Source: an uncultured delta proteobacterium (GTDB lineage: Bacteria > Desulfobacterota > Syntrophia > Syntrophales > UBA2185). From it: a stretch of DNA of 64,000 nt. This document shows, piece after piece, positions 12,076 through 25,006 of the stretch (the first letter of the stretch is position 1; each line of letters begins with the position of its first letter). Below the pieces are notes generated by a model. That model was not told the origin of the DNA. It made no database searches and saw only the letters and a program-made list of their open reading frames with translations. A program made the position numbers and the translations under genes. The stretch is from the NCBI GenBank assembly GCA_963695875.1, contig CAVOID010000015.1, forward strand, positions 1 through 64,000, given 5' to 3'.

Positions 12076-12465
12076 ATGATTCAAGACCGCTATGAACGAG
12101 GTTGGGAAAAGTTAAAAGAAATAGACGGAGAAGCCGGTGAACGAGTTATCAAAAGCTTGCGCGACATTGCCCCCGACTTTGCACGCTACGTTATTGAATT
12201 TCCGTTCGGAGATATTTATTCCCGTCCTGCATTAGACCTAAAGTCACGTGAAATAGCCGTGGTTGCCGCTTTAACCGCGCTTGGCAATGCTGCCCCGCAG
12301 CTAAAAGTCCATATTCATGGTGCCGTTAATGTGGGTTGCACACGAGAGGAAATCATAGAGGTTATTATGCAAATGGCGGTTTATGCGGGATTTCCAGCGG
12401 CACTAAATGGATTGTTTGCCGCTAAGGAAGTATTTCAGGAACGCGACAGCTCCGGGCAAAGCTGA
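12076..12465 (+). CDS. carboxymuconolactone decarboxylase (CMD) family protein
   Basis: [27 protein letters not shown] and YAGFPAALN motifs; strong RBS. Confidence 0.85.
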   Translation: MIQDRYERGWEKLKEIDGEAGERVIKSLRDIAPDFARYVIEFPFGDIYSRPALDLKSREIAVVAALTALGNAAPQLKVHIHGAVNVGCTREEIIEVIMQMAVYAGFPAALNGLFAAKEVFQERDSSGQS

Positions 12466-12539
12466 CGGCTTTAGCCTTTTGTAGTCTTGTTCGTACCATA
12501 TTTCCCTCACCTAACCACTGGAAATGCTTGTCAGTGCTC

Positions 12540-12735
12540 CCTCAGTACCACAAAGTATGATCTTGAACCCTTAAAGGGTGACACCTTCGATCTGATCTAT
12601 ACAGCCGGCCTGTATGACTATATCAAAACCTACCTCTTCGACGCCCAAACCATTCCGGAGAGAGCCATCAAAAATATCCAGGTAATTGAAGAGCCCCTGG
12701 GGATCAACTATTTCCTGAAGATCGACAAGAATTAA
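12540..12735 (+). pseudogene. probable remnant of a SAM-dependent methyltransferase C-terminus
   Basis: FDLIYTAGLYDY and EEPLGINYF segments lie next to each other with no proper start. Confidence 0.4.
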
Positions 12736-12795
12736 TCGGGCAGCAAGCCTTAGCTAGTGAGATGATCAATGAATGGAATTACCTTATATGAAGTC

Positions 12796-13498
12796 TTATT
12801 TCAGATCGGAAAACTTGTATCCGATACCCCTGACGGTGAGAATATACTGCGGTTTTTCTTTATCTTTTTCTATGGCCAGTCTCAGTCGGCTGATATGGAC
12901 ATCCACGGTGCGGGGCTCCACGAATGTTTCATCCCCCCAGACATAATCTAAAAGCTGATCCCTGGTGTAAACCCTGCCGGGATGCTGGGTGAAGAATCGT
13001 AACAGTTTTAATTCCGTAGGACCAAGATCAATCCTTTTCCCATCTACGGTTACCTCGTAAGACCTGTAATCGATATGGATTCCTTTGTATGTGAATGTCT
13101 CCGTCTTGTCGGAATCAGGCCGCACTTCTGTCCTTCTCAGGACCGCACGGACTCTGGCTATCAGCTCTCTGACATTGAAAGGCTTGGTGATGTAATCGTC
13201 TGCACCCATTTCAAGACCCAGGATTTTGTCTACCTGATCACCTTTGGCCGTGAGCATGATAATGGGGAGCGTTTCTGTTTCCGGATTCCTCCGAATAAAT
13301 TTACAGACTTCTAATCCTCTGATTCCCGGAAGAAGAAGATCCAGAACAACCAGATCGGGTTTTTGGGTCTTAACCAGACTCCAAGGCACTTTCTCCATCG
13401 TAGGCCTTGATAGTGGCAAATCCCTCTTTTTCAAGATTGTAAGTGATTAAATCCACTATGCCCTTTTCATCATCGACAACAAGTATTTTTTTCGGCAT
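12796..13498 (-). CDS. OmpR/PhoB-family response regulator (frameshift near 13385)
   Basis: MPKKILVVDDE start at 13498, then LDLLLPG, GADDYITKPF, RTVDVHISRLR and TVRGIGY. Confidence 0.85.
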
Positions 13499-13526
13499 AA
13501 GGACGTCCTGTAAAAAACTCCTCCTT

Positions 13527-13632
13527 TGTCATTTCGACCCCTTCGGTTTACGCAGGGTAAACTACGGGAGAAATCTTATAAAATATTGATGAATAGCAAG
13601 ATTGCCGCGTCGCTATGCTCCTCGCAATGACA
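13527..13632. repeat. REP/MITE-like palindromic intergenic element
   Basis: Terminal inverted repeats TGTCATTTCGA / TCGCAATGACA (10 of 11 match) with internal hairpins. Confidence 0.55.
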
Positions 13633-13662
13633 CTGTGAGTAATTTTAAAGGTCCCATAAGTA

Positions 13663-15023
13663 TTAAAAAAGATATTCCATTAGATTTTTCAGGTTGCTGA
13701 CCCTGATGAATTCCATCTTTTTTTCCAGAGAACCATTCCGGGAAGTGGTCTGAGGAAGGATGCACCGCCGGAATCCCATGCGGGCTGCCTCCTTGATCCT
13801 GATGTCCATCTGGGAGATCCCCCGCACCTCGCCGGTAAGACCCACCTCACCGAAAACCACCGTACCCGAATCTATCGGCCTGTCAAGGAAACTGGAGGCC
13901 ATGGAGGCAACAATTCCCAGGTCTACTGCCGGCTCATCCACTTTAATGCCGCCGGCCACATTGATAAAAATGTCGTGACCGCCAAGACGGAAACCGCAGA
14001 TCTTGTCCATAACGGCAGCAAGCAGAGACACCCTGTTCTGATCGACTCCGATGGTTGTTCTCCGGGGCATGCCGAAATTCGTCGGGCTGACAAGGGACTG
14101 GATTTCAATAAGGATCGGCCTGGTTCCTTCGATACTCGGCACCACCACAGAACCCGCTGCCCCTTCCGGCCTTTCTGTCAGAAAAAACGCGGAAGGATTC
14201 GATACCTCAATCAGGCCATTGTCTCTCATCTCAAAGACACCGATTTCGTTGGTCGGCCCGAACCGGTTTTTCATAGCCCTGTATAATCCGGTAGGCGTGA
14301 CCTGAATCTCCCTCGAAATAGAGTACTGTATCAACCATGTGCTCCAGGACTTTCGGTCCGGCAATAGAACCGTCCTTGGTCACATGGCCGACCAGAAAGA
14401 CGGGAATGCCCGTCTTTTTTGACATGAGGATGAGCCTGCGCTGATGACTCCCTGACCTGTCCGACACTTCCCGGTGCGGACGAAAGGTTCGACGAATAGA
14501 CAGTCTGAATGGAATCAATCACTACCACGCTCGGTGATATCTCTTTAATATGCCTGATTATATTTTCCAGATCTATCTCAACAAGAACAAAAAGGTTTTT
14601 TGATGAGGCCCCTACCCGCCTTCCCCGGAGTTTTATCTGCTTTGCCGATTCCTCACCGGAAACATAAAGGATCTTTAAATCCTTTTCCGCCAGATTATGA
14701 AGGATCTGAAGAAGCAGCGTCGATTTCCCGATGCCGGGGTCGCCGCCGACCAGGGTGACCGACCCGTTAACTATCCCGCCTCCCAGAACCCTGTCCATTT
14801 CCACAATCCCGGTGGTAATCCGTTCTTTTTCATCAGCTACAATTTCATCGATGGGCAAAGGGGGTTCGTTGAACTGGATACCCATGGAAACTGCGGTATC
14901 GATATCCCTTATTTCTTCTTCAACAAAGCGGTTCCACTCAGCGCAGGAAGGACATTTCCCCAGCCATTTCGGTGATTGGTGCCCGCAGTTCTGACAGAAA
15001 AACGTGGTTTTAATTTTCTTCAA
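13663..15023 (-). CDS. radA: DNA repair protein RadA/Sms (frameshifted)
   Basis: CxxC...CxxC zinc finger, [13 protein letters not shown]alker A, KNRFG motif and Lon-like C-terminus. Confidence 0.95.
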
Positions 15024-15175
15024 CCAAAAAACCCCTTGCAAAGCTTCATTTTAATGTGAACATATGTTTTTTTACCATAACAGTCAATATGAAACCAAAT
15101 CCGAAAAATCTTGAGTAATCATTTCAATGCTGATATATTTCTAAAGCTTTAAAAAAAGTCAGGAGATATTAATGT

Positions 15176-16304
15176 ATGCATAATCCAAATTTTAGTTCCG
15201 GCCCTTGCAGCAAGAGACCACATTGGAATCTGGAGGCACTCAAGGATGCCCTGGTCGGCAGGTCTCATCGATCTACCCAGGGAAAGGAAAAACTGGCCAA
15301 GGCCATTGCTGAAAGCAAAGAAATTTTGAAAATCCCCGCTGATTACCTTGTCGGGATATTACCGGGATCGGATACGGGCGCTTTTGAAGCAGCCATGTGG
15401 ACACTCCTGGGACCCCGGCCGGTTACCGTCCTGGTTTGGGAGAGCTTTTCTGAAGGATGGGCGACGGATATAACCAAGCATCTGAAACTGAACCCCACCA
15501 TCATGAAAGCCGATTACGGGAAAATACCGGACCTGAAGGCCGTTAATTGGTCCCATGATGTTGTCTTTGTCGCCAACGGCACCACCAGTGGTGTCAGAAT
15601 CCCCGACTGGGAGTGGATTCCGAAAGGATCGCGAAGGGTTGTCCCTATGCGATGCCACCAGTGGCGTCTTCGCCATGACCGTTGACTGGTCGAAAGTGGA
15701 TGCCTTGACATACTCCTGGCAGAAATGTCTCGGCGGTGAAGCAGCCCACGGCATGCTCATCTTGAGCCCGAGGGCTGTTCAGCGCATCGAAACCTACGAT
15801 CCGCCGTGGCCGCTGCCCAAAGTCTTCCGCCTGAAAAAAGGCGGAAAGATCGACAAGGCAATCTTTGAAGGAGATACCATAAATACCCCTTCCATGATCT
15901 GCGTGGAGGACTACCTTGATGCCCTCACATGGGCAAAGGAAATAGGACTGGAGGGACTTATTAAAAGAAGTGAAGCAAATCTCAAAATTATTGAAGAGTG
16001 GGTCGGAAATAATGACTGGATTGATTTTCTCGCTGTCTCAAAAGAAATACGGTCCAGCACTTCCGTGTGTCTCTCTGTAACCGATGAAAAAGTGAAGAAG
16101 CTGTCGAAGGACGACCAGGCAAAGTTCTTGAAGAGTATCGCCAGCGAACTCTCCAAGAAAAATATTGCGCACGATATAAATTCTTACAGGGATGCCCCGC
16201 CGGGATTCCGTTTCTGGTGCGGCCCGACTATCGAACCAAATGACATCAGGATAGCCCTCTCAGAAATGGAGAAGGTGTATCATCAGAAAATTAAAGATCT
16301 GTGA
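15176..16304 (+). CDS. serC: phosphoserine aminotransferase, Methanosarcina/alphaproteobacterial type (frameshift near 15625)
   Basis: [32 protein letters not shown] and [13 protein letters not shown] motifs. Confidence 0.9.
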
Positions 16305-16356
16305 TCAGTTTTAGATCATCACACTAATTAATTTCAGGAGGGGAGGATCATTTTTT

Positions 16357-17943
16357 ATGAAGAAAGTTCTCGTGAGTGACACCCTGGCGGTAGAGGGTAT
16401 ACAAATATTGAAGAACGCACCCGGTATTGAGGTAGACGTGATGACAAACCTTACGCCGGACGAACTCAAAGGCGTCATCAAGGACTACGATGGTCTGGCC
16501 ATAAGGAGCGCGACCAAGGTCACCAAAGGAAATTATCGACCATGCAGAGAAACTTACCGTGATCGGCCGAGCGGGGATCGGCCTTGATAATGTGGACATC
16601 GCCGCAGCAAGCAAACGGGGCATCGTGTGCATGAATACTCCTGGCGGCAATACTATCACTACAGGTGAACATACCATTGCCATGATGTTTGCGCTTGCGA
16701 GAAAGGTACCCCAGGCCACTGCATCCATGAAGGCAGGCAAGTGGGAAAAGAACAAATTTATGGGCGCGGAGCTCTACAACAAGACCCTCGGAATTATTGG
16801 TATCGGGCGGGTCGGCACCATTGTGGCCGACAGGGCGCAGGGTTTAAAGATGAACGTTATCGCCTATGACCCTTTTATCTCCCCGGAGGCAGCCGGAAAA
16901 TTGGGGATCTCCCTCGTCACACTGGACGAACTGCTGCAAAAATCCGACTTTATCTCCGTACACACGCCGATGACAAAAGAAACGAAAGGAATGATTAATG
17001 CAAAAGCCTTTGACAAAATGAAGAAAGGGTGTCTTCATCATCAATTGTGCCCGCGGAGGAATCATCAGCGAAAAAGACCTTTATGACGCCCTCAAATCGG
17101 GAAAAGTTGCCGGTGCCGCCCTCGACGTTTTTGAAGAAGAACCAACGAAGAATACGGAACTTATCTCCCTCAATAACGTGATCTGCACGCCTCATTTAGG
17201 TGCGTCAACAGACGAAGCACAGATCAATGTGGCCATAGCTATCGCGGAGCAGATCGTAAACTTTCTTACAAAAGGGAGAAATCAAGAATGCCGTTAATTT
17301 CCCCTCTGTCAGTGCCGAATTACTGACTGTCATCCAGCCGTTTCTGGATCTCGCAGAGAAGCTGGGGAAATTCGAGGCACAAGTTGTCAAAGGCGCTATC
17401 AAGGAAATCACCGTCGAGTATAGCGGGGAAATCCTGAACTATAACGTAGCTCCGATCACTATTTCTCTGATAAAAGGACTGCTAACACCAATCCTCAATG
17501 AGAATGTTAATTACATCAATGCACCTGTCGTTGCCAAAGAACGCGGCATTAGGGTTGTTGAGTCGAAGAGCAGCGAGGCGAAGGATTACACAAGCATGAT
17601 ATCACTGACCATAAAGACCTCGGAAGAGACAAGCTACGCCGCAGGCACCATTTTTGGTCGCCAAGATTCACGTATCGTCAGAGTTAACAAATTCACCGTC
17701 GAGGTCATCCCAGAGGGTCACATGCTGGTTATATCCAACTACGACAAACCCGGTGTAATAGGCAATCTTGGCACAACTTTGGGAAGCAACAGCGTCAATA
17801 TCGCGAGACTCCATCTTAGCAGGGAACAGGTCGACAAAATGGCATTAGTTGTCCTGACGACAGATACAATGGTAGCGGAAGATGTGATCGGAAAGCTCCG
17901 AAGTCTGCCCAACATCATATCGGTCACCCAACTTGAGATGTAG
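16357..17943 (+). CDS. serA: D-3-phosphoglycerate dehydrogenase with ACT domain (frameshifted)
   Basis: [28 protein letters not shown] and INCARGG motifs, C-terminal DKPGVIG ACT domain. Confidence 0.9.
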
Positions 17944-19257
<1,314 letters not shown>

Positions 19258-19322
19258 CCTTTTTTTCTTGACAACTTAAGAGACTTCTTAGTAAGAGGGC
19301 GAACTTTAAAATTGAATCATGG

Positions 19323-19398
19323 GGGCCGTTAGCTCAGGTGGTAGAGCAGCGGACTTTTAATCCGTTGGTCGGGAGTTCGACTCTCCTACGGCCCACCA
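19323..19398 (+). tRNA. tRNA-Lys (anticodon TTT)
   Basis: Acceptor stem GGGCCGT/ACGGCCC, D-arm, anticodon arm GCGGA-CTTTTAA-TCCGT, GTTCGA T-loop and encoded CCA; 76 nt. Confidence 0.97.
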
Positions 19399-19405
19399 AA
19401 AGAAA

Positions 19406-19644
19406 TCAAGGTGCTACGAGTTGTAAACCACCTTTTAAACCGCCAAGTCTGCCAAGCCCAACAGCATGAGGATTTTTATCGGATGGGATTTCTTCTGCCT
19501 TCATTTCTCCTGTAGTTTCTGCTACAATAGACGCGGCCTGTTGACTTATATCCCGTGGTCTTTTCTTTTTATCTTTCATGGCTAAAGCATAGCATAACCG
19601 CTTAAGCATTTCAGGATTTAAGATATTAAAACTGACCTACTACC
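19406..19644 (-). mobile_element. probable IS remnant with a truncated small basic IS-passenger protein
   Basis: The KRPRD...KNPHAVGLGRLGGLKGG peptide ends abruptly. A possible IS end (GGTAGTAGGTCAGTTT) lies at 19629-19644 on the minus strand. The family link is from recall and was not searched. Confidence 0.45.
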
Positions 19645-19736
19645 AATCTTTCTGTTCATTATCTATTAATTAGTGTATAATTATTAACAAGATCGATCTT
19701 CTTTATATTTCACCCATAATCAGAGGCCACTATGGG

Positions 19737-21125
19737 ATGAAAGTAAAATCTAGAACAAAACAGACGAATACAACAGATAAGCAAGCTGCCGCAACGCTTC
19801 TCTGGAAGTATGGAGTATTCCAGGAGCTGGCAGATAATATCAGTGATGGCGTTTACTGCATCAACACTAACGGATATTTTACCTTTGTAAACAAAGCAAT
19901 CACAGAACGATCTGGTATGCCGCCGGATAAATTCTACAAATCCCACTTCCTCGATATCGTTCATCCCTCATATCGTGATCAGGCCGTACAGAACTTCCGG
20001 AGAGTTATGAATGGTGAGAACGGTATAGTGTATGAGTTGAGATATGAAAGTGCCGATGGACAAGCAATGATCGTGCAAGTGCATTCACAACCGATCCGTA
20101 GCGACGGTAAGGTAATTGGCATGCTGGGTATTTCGCGAAACATCACCGAGCAGAAGCAAGCAGAAGAGTTGTTGCATAAAGCCGAAGCCCGTTACCATGC
20201 CATTGTTGAGGACCAGGAGGAGATGATCTGCCGTTTTCTTCCCGACAGCACGCTGACCTTTGTCAATAGTGCATACTGTCATTATTTCGGCAAGAGCCGG
20301 GATGAGTTACTCGGGAAGAAGTTTCTGTCCCTTATTCCGGGGAGGGAACGGAAGATGGCGGCGGAGAGGATTGCCGCATTAAGTCCAGAAAGACCGACAG
20401 ACATGCATGAACAGCAGGCAATTGCCGCTGGTGGTGAGGTCCGCTGGCAGCAGTGGGTGAACAGGGCGCTGTTCGATAAACAGGGGAATCTCACAGAACT
20501 TCAGGCAGTGGGGCGCGACATCACCATGCGCAAGCTGGCTGAGGATGCCATCAAAGCATCCGAGATGAATCTGTCAAGGCTGGTCAAGGAGCGGACGGAG
20601 GAGCTCTCGAAGCGAAATATGCAACTGGAGGCAGAGATCAGAGATCGGAAACGTGTCGAGGAAACATTGAGGAAAAGAGGCCGGGAACTTAACCGCCAAG
20701 CACGCAAGCTGGAAGAACTGAATGCCGCCCTTAAAGTTCTCCTGAAGCAGCGGGAGGAAGACAGGACAGAACTGGAAGGTAAGGTGGTGTCGAATGTCAA
20801 GGAGCTTCTTCTCCCCTACGTGGAGCAAATGAAGGAGAGGAAGCTGGATTCCACGAGCAAGGTCTTTCTAAATGTTTTTGAGTCAAACTTGAAAAGCATC
20901 ATCTCGTCCTTCCCCCAGAGGTTAACTTCGAAGCAATCAGGCCTTACCCCACGGGAGGTACAGGTTGCCGATCTCATCCGTCAAGGAAAGTCTACCAAGG
21001 ATATCGCACGGTTTATAAGAATCTCCACGAGTGCTGTCAGTTTACATCGTTATCACATCAGGGAAAAATTGGGAATCATTGACCAGAAGATTAACCTCCG
21101 AACCCACCTGCAATCCCTATCATAA
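19737..21125 (+). CDS. PAS-PAS-coiled coil-LuxR HTH transcriptional regulator
   Basis: Two PAS/PAC domains (ISRNITE, GRDITMR) and the LuxR HTH LTPREVQVADLIRQGKSTKDIA...HRYHIREKLG. Confidence 0.9.
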   Translation: MKVKSRTKQTNTTDKQAAATLLWKYGVFQELADNISDGVYCINTNGYFTFVNKAITERSGMPPDKFYKSHFLDIVHPSYRDQAVQNFRRVMNGENGIVYELRYESADGQAMIVQVHSQPIRSDGKVIGMLGISRNITEQKQAEELLHKAEARYHAIVEDQEEMICRFLPDSTLTFVNSAYCHYFGKSRDELLGKKFLSLIPGRERKMAAERIAALSPERPTDMHEQQAIAAGGEVRWQQWVNRALFDKQGNLTELQAVGRDITMRKLAEDAIKASEMNLSRLVKERTEELSKRNMQLEAEIRDRKRVEETLRKRGRELNRQARKLEELNAALKVLLKQREEDRTELEGKVVSNVKELLLPYVEQMKERKLDSTSKVFLNVFESNLKSIISSFPQRLTSKQSGLTPREVQVADLIRQGKSTKDIARFIRISTSAVSLHRYHIREKLGIIDQKINLRTHLQSLS

Positions 21126-21423
21126 CAGTAATTTTATCTTACTATTATTTTACTAAATATTTAATAATAATATAACTTCCATTAGACCTTGGAACGTGTA
21201 TAACAATATAGTCAGAATATGTGCTTTGCAATATTTTAGATGATAAAAGTGTGACTTTCTCAACCCTAACGCGGCGGTGTTAGCGGCCCAAGTTCAGTGT
21301 TTTTTAATCCATTCAAGAAGGCAATCCATAAAGAGGAAATACATAATAATAGATATCTAATATTATAAATGGGCTTGAAAATATTCAGGAGGGACATAAG
21401 ATGAAAACGATGTGCAAAGTAGC
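21030..21423 (+). repeat. copy A of a ~400 bp inverted paralogous repeat (LuxR 3' end, intergenic region and next start)
   Basis: Aligns by eye with the reverse complement of 41619-42018, including a 54 bp identical core. Confidence 0.9.
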
Positions 21424-23779
21424 GATAATAGCGATTTGCCTGTTAATCGCGCAGACGGTTCTCATGGCTGGTCCGGAGCAGGCAGGGGCCCAGATACCCA
21501 ACTGCACAGTCACATCCGCTAATGGTACATATACCGCGTCTCCAATCGGGTGTAAAGTTTATGCGGCTTCTGCGTCTGGTGTACCGGCTGGGCTTATAAC
21601 GACAGCGACAACTGCGCAGCGAATCTATCCTGGATCCGGTAACGATTTTACATTATTCTTTTCAGATAACGCAAAAGGTAACGGAATAACTTATAATTTA
21701 AACCCTGCCCCAACTCTTTATCAAACTTCTAAAGCTATAACAAATTATGCGTATACCACCTTGAACAGTAGTCTTAACACAACTAAGATGTATGATAACT
21801 GGGGGACAACAATTATTCCAACCGGCAAATACCTGCAAGCAAACCCCATCAATAATGAGTCCACGGGAATAATTCAGGTTGCGGGAAAAATAGTTAACCC
21901 TGTGAAAAATGGAGGGACGATGAAGGTCGGTGGTGAACCCGACGGAGTGATAATCGATGGCTCCCTGACGAACCAGCTGGTTTTCCCCAGGCCCTTCGCG
22001 ATGGGTTATTTTCACTCTCTCGGGCTGAAATCGGACGGCACGGTCTGGGCATGGGGTGACAATTCTTTCGGTCAGCTCGGGAACGGGACTTACACGGGCA
22101 GCAGTTCTCCCGTACAGGTGAAGGACCCGAGGAACGAGACGGGCGCGACGCCCCTGACGGGAATCGTATCTGTTTCGGCGGGTGAATTTCACTCTCTCGC
22201 GCTGAAATCGGACGGGACGGTCTGGGCTTGGGGTGACAATACTTACGGTCAGCTCGGGCACCCAATGGACTCCACCCTCAGCAATGTTCCCGTGCAGGTA
22301 TTGGACCCGACGGACCCGTCGGGCATGACGCCCCTGACCGGAATCGCGTCTGTTTCAGCGGGTTTTTGGCACTCTCTCGCGCTGAAATCGGACGGGACGG
22401 TCTGGGCTTGGGGTTATGATGGTGACGGTCGAGCTCGGGACCGGCTATAACGGGGACAGTCTCTTTCTTCCCGTGCAGGTGGTGGACCCGACGGACCTGA
22501 CGACTCACCTGACGGGAATTGTGTCTGTTTCAGCGGGTTTTTCGCACTCTCTCGCGCTGAAATCGGACGGGACCGTCCGGGCATGGGGGGCGAACTCTTG
22601 GGGTGCGCTCGGGAACGGAACTAACACGGACAGTTATGTTCCCACGCTGGGTCGTTAGGGGCCTGACGGAAATCGTGTCCGTAGAGGGGGGTGCAACCCA
22701 CTCTCTCGCGGTGAAATCGGACGGGACGGTCTGGGCATGGGGTGACAATTTAAACGGTCAGCTCGGGAACGGAACTACGACGGACAGCTGGGTTCCCGTG
22801 CAGGTGTCGGGGCTGACGGAAATCGTGTCCGTCTCGGCGGCGAGTTGGCACTCTCTCGCGGTGAAATCGGACGGGACGGTCTGGGCACTGGGGTGACAAT
22901 TATTACGGTACGCTCGGGAACGGGACTAGCGGACCTCTTACGGACAGCAATGTTCCCGTGCAGGTGTCGAGCCTGACGGGAATCGTGTCCGTTTCATCGG
23001 GTGCAAACGACTCTCTCGCGCTGAAATCGGACGGGACGGCCTGGGCTTGGGGTTATAATGGTGACGGTGAGCTCGGGAACGGGACAACCTCTGACAGTTA
23101 TGTTCCCACGCCGGTGTCGGACCCTCCAGAATGGGGTATGTCACCGGGTACCTTGTCGTTCGATATTGGGGGCACTACTCCATGCCCGTGTGGCCAAAGC
23201 TGCGGTCCGGGGTTTTACAGTCAGCTTTGTGTAACTGGCACAGTAACGCTTGATGGTGCAACAGTGATCTTGAACTTCATTGACGGCTTCACACCGCAAC
23301 AGGCTGGTAATACTATCTTCCATATAATTTCTGCAGCCGGCCAAGTGATCGGCACGCCCCTTCAAGTGCTGCAAGTAGTAAATGGGGAAATAACGCCTTA
23401 CACCGGTAGTGTTGTCTTCGATCAAAATGCTACGGGCACGACGTTACTCAATGCCATTGTGACTTTGCAAAACCAGATAAGAGATTTAGATGTCAGTGTG
23501 TTCAAAAAACGCGACATTACGAAAACTCTCCTACTGACGGAGTTAGACGTGGTTATGGCCACAATTAACGAGGGCATCAAACATCCCAAATACAGCAAAT
23601 TTTTCTTTGGGGTTGCCCTTGCTGAGCTCCAACTTGTAATCTTGCCCGAAACCAACGGTTGTGAAAAACCGCGGGCAACGCGTCCTGATGGCGATGACTT
23701 GATAGTTAATTGTACGGCTCAGGGCCTGGTTTATCCTCTCGTTTTGAACGCGATAGATGTCCTGAGACATTTATTATGA
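21401..23779 (+). CDS. secreted RCC1-repeat (beta-propeller) protein (frameshifted into four ORFs)
   Basis: Signal peptide and seven [27 protein letters not shown] repeats starting near 22013, 22190, 22370, 22545, 22699, 22849 and 23009. Confidence 0.85.
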
Positions 23780-23906
23780 TTCGGTAAATCTGCATTGGTT
23801 TCTTTGGAGGCTTTGTATTTGTCTCCGAAGTTTGACTTTTGGGTTTTGTGGGATCTATTGACTCTCAAAAAATATTTTTAACATTTATTGCAAGGAGGGA
23901 ATTACC

Positions 23907-24800
23907 ATGGGAAACTTTACCAGATTGATAACGTTGATTTTCGTCTTGTCAGTTTTAATGGTTACCCCAACATTGGGTGCATCAGCGCCGGTGATATACG
24001 ATGTAAAATCAGATTACAATGCCATGACCCTCACTGTGATCGGGCAGAACCTTGGAAGCACATCTGGCACCGTAACACTCGGAGGTACCCCGCTTACCGT
24101 CAATAGTTGGTCTCCAAGTGCAATCGTTGCGCAGATTCCCCAAGGAACTAGCCCTGGAAGTTATTCATTGGTTGTTACAGGACCAAGAAGGGGTGATCTT
24201 AGCGCAACGGCCGAAGTAACTATAGGGGAATTGAACATCCAAGGCACATATTCCTTCACGGGTCAGGCCTCCGGTCTCAGTCTCGCACGGCGATTTCAAC
24301 TCAGCTCTCTGATTCCGATAGTCAACGGGTACGTATGTTTCTGTAACGTGCAGCATGACAGGGCGTTGCGACCTTCAGTAGTGACAGGCACGGGAACTTT
24401 GTCGGGTCAGGGGTATCCACCACCATTGGCCCGTTCTATGTATTTGGGAATTCTTGGTGATTCGGGTTCGACAAATTATACTGAACAATTCACATACACC
24501 GTCGGAACTGACGGCATCATTACTATACCGGGTAGCCTCGCGCACGGGGACATATCTCACGGGGCCCCGTACCGACCATACGTGGGTGGAATACCCGATC
24601 ATTCTCACAGGTATGATCTCGATGGATAGAAATAGCATAACGCTCAGCAGCCCCGATCCGCCAGTGATCACGACGTTCACAGACATACTTCTAATGGGAC
24701 CGACCATCGCATCTGTCATCGATCGCGCGTCATGTTAGGACGCCAGTAGAACAAGGAGCAATGGGAACCTGATCGGGATTGCGATCACCGATAAAGTGTT
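23907..24800 (+). CDS. secreted IPT/TIG-like domain protein (frameshifted; 3' end uncertain)
   Basis: Strong RBS, signal peptide, and the Ig-like pattern LTVIGQNLG...VTLGGTPLTVNSWS...PGSYSLVV. Confidence 0.6.
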
Positions 24801-25006
24801 CCTGAACCGTCAACCGTGCTTTTTTTGGTTTCGGTTTAATGTCGGGTTGAGTAGGGATCAGAAGAAAGTATAAGAAGTAATGTTGGCAGACGTCAAAAGA
24901 AAGTGTAGAAAGTTAGAATAATTCATTGTGTCGGAATGGCCCCCATGAGCTTTTTTGTTTTCGTGGGGGAAATTTTCACTATCAATATTTGAGAGGTCGG
25001 AAAAAA

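Noticed and set aside
12076..12465. CMD gene ending in TGA as another selenoprotein
   Set aside because: The domain is already complete at the TGA, there is no preceding Cys motif, and no CGUGC hairpin follows at +21.
2917..17943. Many frameshifts in mdtABC, the response regulator, radA, serC and serA as programmed frameshifting or mass pseudogenisation
   Set aside because: They are scattered single-base indels, including in housekeeping genes, with no shared slippery motif and no accompanying nonsense decay. Long-read consensus error is the simplest explanation.
21264..21286. CTAAC...GTTAG as an integron attC site
   Set aside because: It is far too short for attC, with no cassette array or integrase.
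22894..22896. TGA stops inside the RCC1 gene (22896) and mdtC (8391) as Sec codons
   Set aside because: Homology resumes in a different frame, so these stops result from indels, and there is no SECIS-like hairpin.
22013..23110. Regularly spaced repeats as a CRISPR array
   Set aside because: The period is 150-180 bp, the repeats are coding RCC1 units, the intervening sequences resemble each other, and no cas genes are present.
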